Shown here one piece after another: positions 9,706 through 16,141 of a stretch of DNA of 64,000 bases. Origin of the DNA: an uncultured Chthonomonadaceae bacterium (lineage in GTDB: Bacteria > Armatimonadota > Chthonomonadetes > Chthonomonadales > Chthonomonadaceae); assembly GCA_963835065.1 (NCBI GenBank), contig CAWIEK010000009.1, positions 64,001-128,000 on the forward strand, read 5' to 3'. Both the position numbers and the translations under genes were made by a program. Position 1 is the first letter of the stretch; every line of letters starts with the position of its first letter. The notes beneath the pieces are model-generated. The model was not told where the DNA came from, ran no database searches, and was given only the letters and a program-made list of their open reading frames with translations.

Positions 9706-9733
9706 TAGACGGCAGTGTGGGGCAAAAGGTTCA
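9706..9733 (-). promoter_or_regulatory. ECF-sigma-like promoter TGAACC-N16-CGTCTA
   Basis: Same geometry upstream of copy 2 (GAAACC-N16-CGTCAT); A-rich upstream tract. Confidence 0.55.
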
Positions 9734-9872
9734 CTGTTTTTTTATTTTTTAGCGGGATTGTTGTTGCGGGTAGGCTATTCCTGGTGTGGTGTGGGAACGG
9801 GGAAGGGGGCTTACTTCGGGGCTGATCGTTTATCCCTTGCCGGCGGACGCAACGCGCAAGGGGCGCAAAAAG

Positions 9873-9951
9873 AGGGCACAACGCGCAAGGAGGGCACAAC
9901 ACGTAAGGAGGGCACAACACGTAAGGAGGGCACAACATGTTGTGCCCCTAC
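9873..9951. repeat. 18-bp tandem repeat (x4) ending in a GTAG-type REP palindrome
   Basis: AGGGCACAAC at 9873, 9891, 9909 and 9927; last unit is GGGCACAACATGTTGTGCCCCTAC. Confidence 0.85.
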
Positions 9952-9977
9952 GTTCGGGAACTTGTATTTTTCAACCC

Positions 9978-10304
9978 TTACCGCTTGCGCGGCACGGCTT
10001 TGGTTTGGGGCTGCTTCGATACGGCGGAAACGGCGGCAGGCTTGTTCGGCGTAGATGCCACTGTATTCTTCATGGGCGCGTTGAACGTGAGTTTGCCCCC
10101 TTTCTTTTTCGCCGGGTAGCCCTGCAAAATGCCTTTTTGCGCCAGTTCCGTCACGGCCTGATACGCCCAATGGGTTTTCGGCACGTCGGGAAAGCCTTTG
10201 AAGTCGGCATTTTGCGCCCCTGCCTGAACTGTTGCCGTCGCGCCCAAAACTGCCATCGGCAGCAAAATCGCAAAGCCATATCGTTGCGCTGCAATTCTTT
10301 TCAT
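9978..10304 (-). CDS. Small secreted S-layer homology (SLH) domain protein
   Basis: Signal peptide then FPDVPKTHWAYQAVTELAQKGILQGYP. Confidence 0.8.
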   Translation of the reverse strand: MKRIAAQRYGFAILLPMAVLGATATVQAGAQNADFKGFPDVPKTHWAYQAVTELAQKGILQGYPAKKKGGKLTFNAPMKNTVASTPNKPAAVSAVSKQPQTKAVPRKR

Positions 10305-10322
10305 AGTTTGTCCTGCCTTTCT

Positions 10323-11255
10323 TTACTCTAAACTTTTGGTAATAAGCGCGGGAGCGGACTTATCTATGGTTTCCGCCTTGACTGCTTCTTGTAACAACGG
10401 CTGTAAAAGTTGTTCGGTATGTTCTTCTTGCCCGTTTGCTGTTGAACGCAAGAGTTGATCTCCCGCCTCAGAGACGGGTTGCTCTGTACCAAAACCGGGA
10501 CGCAACAGGATTTCAGACGGCGTTGCTGAGAAGGAAGGCCGCAGCAAGACACCGGGGGCATGTTCTGAATGTAAACGTTCTTCAATGCAGAGGACCGTTT
10601 TGTTTGCCATGTCCGCCAGAATACGTGTGTTCTCGTGTTTGAATCGGATGGGCAGACGCATTACCCATCTTTTCAGCATTTTCGAGGTTTGATGCGTTCC
10701 CACTTGCGAAAGAGCAAACAGTAAGCCGCTCGTAAGTTTATCCGGTTCGCCTCCCTTGTTACCATGCTGCTTCCAGCAATGCGAATCAAGCAGCGAAAGC
10801 ATTTGGGTTTGGCGCTCTTGGTTCAGGAGGTCACTGTCCAGCCTATCTACCATTTGCATGAGACTGGCGATTTTGTCTACTTTCACGGAGTATGTTTCTG
10901 GAGAAGCGTGTTGTAACTCCAGCAGCAGAATAGGCAAAACGTCTTTCGTTTCCGCAGAAGAAACTTTAGCAGAGTACCTTTTGATTGCCCTGCTAAAGCA
11001 AGCCTGCAGACAAAGTTGACCGAGGATTGCGCTGCTAACAACAAAGATGGCTAGGTAAAGCAGGGCGTTTGAACCCGCACTACTTGAACGATGGGGAAAC
11101 GTAAATAAGTACAGCAATAGTATGATACATAAGCCAACAAAATTCGCCATAATAGCGTTATTTATACGGTTTATAGTGCAATAGTGTCGGTGGATGCGAC
11201 TTAAACTGATTTCCTCCAAACTATCGCAGGGCTTGTTCTGTTTCCAACGAAGCAC
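10323..11255 (-). CDS. Membrane protein with HEAT-like helices and LLRP-repeat tail
   Basis: GTG start after GAGGAG; two TM segments; tail VLLRPS..ILLRPG..QLLRST. Confidence 0.7.
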   Translation of the reverse strand: MLRWKQNKPCDSLEEISLSRIHRHYCTINRINNAIMANFVGLCIILLLYLFTFPHRSSSAGSNALLYLAIFVVSSAILGQLCLQACFSRAIKRYSAKVSSAETKDVLPILLLELQHASPETYSVKVDKIASLMQMVDRLDSDLLNQERQTQMLSLLDSHCWKQHGNKGGEPDKLTSGLLFALSQVGTHQTSKMLKRWVMRLPIRFKHENTRILADMANKTVLCIEERLHSEHAPGVLLRPSFSATPSEILLRPGFGTEQPVSEAGDQLLRSTANGQEEHTEQLLQPLLQEAVKAETIDKSAPALITKSLE

Positions 11256-11265
11256 GGGGTACTCC

Positions 11266-12795
11266 TCACACCGCATGTCCCGTCAGTGGCGGCTGCGCGG
11301 CGGGGCCGAAGCCGACGTTGCGGCGCACTGTTAATGTCACCTGATCGCCGTTGAATTCGCAGACGACGGTTTGTATGTAGGGTGTTTCGTAGAAGCACAG
11401 GGTTGCCGTATAGGTGTTGTCCTGCGTCCACGTTCCGCGCGCCGCCACTTTGTTGGAGACTGCGCCTTCCAGTCGGGCTGTGCCTTTTACCCACTGGCTG
11501 CTTCCGCATGTTACGCGCTGTTCGCCCTTTGCGTCCCGCGTTACCATCTGCCAACCGCTTGCATCGAACGTGAGCGTAAGCGATTCGATTTTCTGCGGGT
11601 TGTCAGCAAATCGGAATGTTTTGCCGGATACGCGGGCGGCAGTGGGCGTTGTCGGCTGTCCCTGTGGAACCGGAATGGCAAGCGCTTTTAGTTTCCGCGC
11701 CAGGTCTTTGTCCCCGTCGCTTTTGGGCAATGGCGTCGGTTGCATCGCGGGCAGCAAATGTTCCCATACGGCGTTGAGGATGGCCTGCATATCGCCCACG
11801 CCGCTGGTGATGGCAAGCACGGCGTCGTGATCCGGCAGGACCACGCAGAACTGGCCGAATGCGCCGTCCCCGCGATAAGCGTTGTGCCGACAGCGCCAGA
11901 ATTGATAGCCGTAGCCCTGACTCCAATCACTGGCCGCGCTCGGATCGCCGTTGGATACCTGCGCATGTGTCGCCTGCTCCACCCAATTTGCGGGCACAAC
12001 CTGCTTCCCGTTCCACTGCCCTTTTTGCAGATACAATTGGCCGAAGCGGGCAATGTCTTCGGTTTTCACGGCCAGGCCCCACCCGCCTGTATTGATGCCT
12101 CTGGGACACGTTTCCCACGTCGGATGTTCAATGCCCAGAGGGACGAACAGGCGCGATGTCAGGTATTCCAGAACGGGTTTCCCGGTCTGCTTCTGCACAA
12201 TGGCGGACAGCATGTACGTGGCCGCGCTGTTGTAAACGAATTTGGAACCCGGCTCGTGTTCGACGGGCAGGGCGAGAAAGCCGCGTACCCAATTACCGTC
12301 CGGCTGCGCGGTTGTCGGGCCGGTGGCATCCTTGTCGTGCCCCGTGTTCATGGTGAGCAGATGCTTTACCCGCATGGCGGCAAGGTTGTCGCTGATAGAC
12401 GCGGGCAGTTGGTCCGGGAAGAAATCCATTATCCTGTCTTCCACGCTCAAATGCCCCTCGCTCACAGCAAATCCAACCGCCGTACTCGTGAAACTCTTGC
12501 TCAGCGAGTACAGCATGTGCGGATAGGAGGGCGCATACGGCTGCCACCACGCTTCCGCCGCCACTTTGCCATGCCGCAGCAGCATCAGGCTGTGCAGCCC
12601 GCCCACTTTGGCGTTCACGGCATCCACAAAGGCGGCAAGGCCATCGGGCGCGATACCCGCCGCTTCCAACCGGACGCGGGGCAGTTTGTCGGCTGCGGCA
12701 GCGGCAGACGCGGGCGCATCGGCAGCCAGCTCTCCCACAGCACACGCGGCGGCGCCCAAAGCAACGCCCTGCAAAAACGTTCGACGGTCAGACAT
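11266..12795 (-). CDS. Tat-exported serine hydrolase (beta-lactamase / class C family)
   Basis: SDRRTFL twin-arginine signal; YSLSKS (SxxK); FVYNS; DIARFGQLYL. Confidence 0.92.
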   Translation of the reverse strand: MSDRRTFLQGVALGAAACAVGELAADAPASAAAAADKLPRVRLEAAGIAPDGLAAFVDAVNAKVGGLHSLMLLRHGKVAAEAWWQPYAPSYPHMLYSLSKSFTSTAVGFAVSEGHLSVEDRIMDFFPDQLPASISDNLAAMRVKHLLTMNTGHDKDATGPTTAQPDGNWVRGFLALPVEHEPGSKFVYNSAATYMLSAIVQKQTGKPVLEYLTSRLFVPLGIEHPTWETCPRGINTGGWGLAVKTEDIARFGQLYLQKGQWNGKQVVPANWVEQATHAQVSNGDPSAASDWSQGYGYQFWRCRHNAYRGDGAFGQFCVVLPDHDAVLAITSGVGDMQAILNAVWEHLLPAMQPTPLPKSDGDKDLARKLKALAIPVPQGQPTTPTAARVSGKTFRFADNPQKIESLTLTFDASGWQMVTRDAKGEQRVTCGSSQWVKGTARLEGAVSNKVAARGTWTQDNTYTATLCFYETPYIQTVVCEFNGDQVTLTVRRNVGFGPAAQPPLTGHAV

Positions 12796-12822
12796 AGTTG
12801 ATTTATCCTTCATAAAGATTAT

Positions 12823-12950
12823 CTCTGCCGGGTACTGAAAGTACCCGGCAGGACAAAACAAGCGTCTTACAGACGCGATTCTCTATTCACAAATTCCTGC
12901 GTCCGTAGGACGGTTGTACTTTCCTGCCGGGTACTTTCAGTACCCGGAAC
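12823..12950. repeat. Palindromic REP/MITE-like element (CCGGGTACT-AGTACCCGG family)
   Basis: Two inverted hairpins gccgggtactgaaagtacccggc and gccgggtactttcagtacccgg; related copy at 61186-61352. Confidence 0.8.
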
Positions 12951-12955
12951 GCAGG

Positions 12956-14131
12956 CTATACAAACGGGACGCTCATGCCGTGATGGGGGCCGGAGGTGTA
13001 TACGTCTATGGCGGCCTGATACACGCGGCGCGTCATGGCGGCGACGCGGGGCCAGGCGTAGCGAGTCGCGTACTTGCGGGCGTTTGCCGCCAGTTTTGTT
13101 TGCCGCTCCGGGCTGTTCAGCAAGGCCAGCAGTTTTGTTCGGTAATCTGTCGCATCGCCCGCCCGAAACAATTCCACGCAGTCCACGCGGTTTGAAATCT
13201 CCTGAAAGCAATCCAGATCGGACGCGAACACCACGCGGCTATGCGATAGTGGCAGGGTCACGGAATACGAACCCGTCGCATAGGTATGCGGCACAAGCGC
13301 AATGTCCGTCGCTTCCATCGCTTCGGCCACATCCTCATCGCTCAGATACCCGGTCAGAACCACGCGCTGCTTTTGCCCCGAACGCTCTACCGCCTGCCGA
13401 ACCGTTTCCGCGTAGGGCGCTTCGCTTTCATTCCTTGCGCCCCCCGCGATTACCAATGTCACGTCTTCGGGCAGCCCCGCCAGTACCTCCAAACTCAATT
13501 CATAGCCTTTATTGGGCGTCACGTAGCCAAAAATGGTCAGGACGCGCTTGCCGTGCAGCCCGAACCGCTCCCGGAACGCTTTGCCGCCCGATGGGGCAGG
13601 CAGGGGCGCGGGTACTCCCGTCGGCACAATGGTCACATAGCCGGGTTTTGCGCCCCGCGCAATCAGTTCGTTGCGGGCCGCGGTGGTATGCACAATCGTA
13701 ATCGCAGTCGTGAACGGCGCGGTTTCCACGCTGTCGCGGTAGCCCTGATTGCGCACCAGCAATTGCTTGGCAAGCCACTTATGCGGACGCCGCTCCTGTT
13801 TCAGTTTCAGCAGATCGGCCAGCGTGGTTGTCGTGTGCGCGGTCAGCACGACGGGCTTGGTAAGCAGATAGCGCATCTCCCAAAAGGCGGACGCGCGGGG
13901 CATGATGCCGCCCCAAAAACTGTGTTCGTGCTGAATATGCACCACATCTACATCGGCGTGGTTGAGCAATTCGGCCTGCTCCCGATAATGCACAATCGGC
14001 TGACGCCCTTCTTCAATCGGCACGACCTGTATTTCCGTATCGGGAACCTGTTCAAACCCTTCCACCAGCGCCCTTGTGTACGCGGCAATCCCGCAGCGCG
14101 GCCCCACCGTCGTCAGCATCGCTACTTTCAT
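12956..14131 (-). CDS. Glycosyltransferase family 4
   Basis: CGIAAYT; DVVHIQHE; FGYVTPNKGYE; GT-B architecture. Confidence 0.92.
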   Translation of the reverse strand: MKVAMLTTVGPRCGIAAYTRALVEGFEQVPDTEIQVVPIEEGRQPIVHYREQAELLNHADVDVVHIQHEHSFWGGIMPRASAFWEMRYLLTKPVVLTAHTTTTLADLLKLKQERRPHKWLAKQLLVRNQGYRDSVETAPFTTAITIVHTTAARNELIARGAKPGYVTIVPTGVPAPLPAPSGGKAFRERFGLHGKRVLTIFGYVTPNKGYELSLEVLAGLPEDVTLVIAGGARNESEAPYAETVRQAVERSGQKQRVVLTGYLSDEDVAEAMEATDIALVPHTYATGSYSVTLPLSHSRVVFASDLDCFQEISNRVDCVELFRAGDATDYRTKLLALLNSPERQTKLAANARKYATRYAWPRVAAMTRRVYQAAIDVYTSGPHHGMSVPFV

Positions 14132-14229
14132 CGTAACCGCCGTATTTTCCTATCCCGCCCGGAAGCAGCCGGAGCCGGAATACGTTCTACAGGGAACTTG
14201 TCCCAACCATAATTCAACCTTGCGCCCAC

Positions 14230-14259
14230 TTGCGCTCCCCGCCCCGTTCCGATTATAAT
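14230..14259 (+). promoter_or_regulatory. Sigma-70-like promoter
   Basis: TTGCGC-N18-TATAAT, ending 28 nt before the ATG at 14288. Confidence 0.45.
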
Positions 14260-14287
14260 AGGCCAATGTCTGCCACCGGGAGTTTTC

Positions 14288-15022
14288 ATGAGCCTGATTA
14301 AGCGCGTCAATCGTCGTTTGCGTGGAGAGTTAATGCCGCCCCTTCCGTTCGACAGCGACGAACATCTGTCCACGTATCTGTTTCCTTTGTATGACGAACC
14401 GCATCAGCCCTCACAACGCCTGATTGACACAATGCTGGCCTGTGTCCGCGAAGTGCCGCAGATTGACTTGGCCGATATAGCCGTTCGCCCGGCAATCAAC
14501 TCGCGCCGGTTCCTGCAATGGCCGGGCGAACATTACAAATTGCTTGCCGGTATGATGGTCGCGCTTCAGCCCCGCAGCGTCGTTGAAATCGGAACGCATA
14601 CCGGCTGGTCCGCTCTCGCCATGAAGAAGTACCTTCCCCCGAACAGCCGCATCAGCACCTTCGACATCAACGCATGGAACGCGCTTACCGACACGGCCCT
14701 GACCCCTGCCGATTTTGCCGACGGGCAACTTGTCCAGCATTTGGATGACCTTGCCAATCCCGCTGTTGTCGCCAAACACCGCGACCTGCTGGCAAACGCC
14801 GACCTGATCTTTATGGACGGCCCGCACGACGGCCCAACGGAAGTAAAAATGATGGCAAACTTCCAGGCGGTTCCGTTCGCCAACAATCCCCTGCTCGTTT
14901 TCGACGACATTCGTATGCACGAACTGCTCAAATTCTGGCGCGACCTTGCCCTGCCCAAAATGGATATTACTTCCTTCGGCCATTGGAGCGGAACCGGCCT
15001 CGCGGAATGGAAACTTGGGTAG
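14288..15022 (+). CDS. Class I SAM-dependent methyltransferase
   Basis: VVEIGTHTGWS; DLIFMDGPH; VFDD. Confidence 0.88.
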   Translation: MSLIKRVNRRLRGELMPPLPFDSDEHLSTYLFPLYDEPHQPSQRLIDTMLACVREVPQIDLADIAVRPAINSRRFLQWPGEHYKLLAGMMVALQPRSVVEIGTHTGWSALAMKKYLPPNSRISTFDINAWNALTDTALTPADFADGQLVQHLDDLANPAVVAKHRDLLANADLIFMDGPHDGPTEVKMMANFQAVPFANNPLLVFDDIRMHELLKFWRDLALPKMDITSFGHWSGTGLAEWKLG

Positions 15023-15126
15023 GTGTTCAGGTATTCAGGTGTTCAGGTGTTCGGGTCAATGCAAAAGTACCGAAGTTTAATTTACCGCGATAAGGCAATA
15101 ACCTGAATACCTGAACACCTGAATAC
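15021..15126. repeat. Inverted octamer-array element (GTGTTCAG)n ... (CTGAACAC)n
   Basis: Arms are reverse complements; core AGTACCGAAGTTT recurs reversed in the element at 29751-29855. Confidence 0.85.
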
Positions 15127-15130
15127 TCGA

Positions 15131-16024
15131 TTACCGTATCAATTTTCGGGCGCGGAGTTGACGCTTCACCGCCACGCCCAGGTGCAGCAATTCGTTTTTC
15201 GCCAGTCCCATGCCTACTACGCCGAACATCGCCGTCCTTGCGCCCATCCCCGCCGTCTTACGGTAGTACACCAACGCGCTCTTGAACAAACGGGCGGTCA
15301 TGGCGCGGTTTTGCTGCCGGACGCTGCCCATCCAGTGATGCACAATCCGCGCTTCGGGCAGGTAGACCACTTTGTACCCCGCCTTGCGAATTCGCCAGCA
15401 CCATTCGATTTCCTCATAAAACATGAAAAAATCTTCGTCCAGCATCCCCACTTTATCCATGATAGCGTGGGGAACCATCATACATGCGCCCGACACCTGA
15501 TCCGTTTCCCAAGTCTCGTCAAAATCTTCCCGGCCATACTCATAGTTACGATCATACGCGCGCCGGTTCAGCCGACGCAACCCTGAATGACCGATAAATT
15601 CGCGCCAGGGCGTTGGGAACGGGCGTCCGTTGTGCTGAAGCGAACCGTCTGTGTTGAGCAGTTTGGGGCCAACCGCGCCCACATCCGGGTGTGTGTCCAG
15701 ATACCCCACCATGCGCGTCAGCGATTCCGGTTCCGCTTCCGTGTCCGGGTTCAAAATCACGACATGCCGCCCCTTAGACTGCCGCAACGCCTGATTGTTG
15801 GCGCGGGCAAAGCCGGGATTATCTGCATTGGCAATCAGCTTCACATGAGGAAATTCTGCCGCCACCATGCCCGCGCTGTCATCCGGCGAATGGTTGTCCA
15901 CCACCCAAACCTCAGAACAAATGTCTTCTGTAGCAGTAGGCAACGCGGTCAAACACGCGCGCAGCATGTCGCGCGTGTTGTAGCTGACAATCACAATGGA
16001 CAAATCCACATCCACTCCACTCAT
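15131..16024 (-). CDS. Glycosyltransferase family 2
   Basis: SIVIVSYNT; VVDNHSPD; GFARANNQA; LNPD; DEDFFMFYEEIEWCWR. Confidence 0.93.
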   Translation of the reverse strand: MSGVDVDLSIVIVSYNTRDMLRACLTALPTATEDICSEVWVVDNHSPDDSAGMVAAEFPHVKLIANADNPGFARANNQALRQSKGRHVVILNPDTEAEPESLTRMVGYLDTHPDVGAVGPKLLNTDGSLQHNGRPFPTPWREFIGHSGLRRLNRRAYDRNYEYGREDFDETWETDQVSGACMMVPHAIMDKVGMLDEDFFMFYEEIEWCWRIRKAGYKVVYLPEARIVHHWMGSVRQQNRAMTARLFKSALVYYRKTAGMGARTAMFGVVGMGLAKNELLHLGVAVKRQLRARKLIR

Positions 16025-16044
16025 ATCCTATTGTACAACATTCA

Positions 16045-16140
16045 AGAAAAGGAGAAAAGAAGAAAAGGAGAAAAGGAGAGTTCGACATGAATCTTTTCTC
16101 CCCCTCTCCTCTTCTCCCCTTCTCCTTTTCTTCTTTTCTT
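16045..16140. repeat. Inverted purine/pyrimidine octamer arrays (AGAAAAGG)n ... (CCTTTTCT)n
   Basis: Visible directly in the intergenic sequence. Confidence 0.75.
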
Positions 16141-16141
16141 C

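Noticed and set aside
9873..9951. Possible CRISPR array
   Set aside because: 18-bp period with near-identical 8-nt linkers, no unique spacers and no cas genes.
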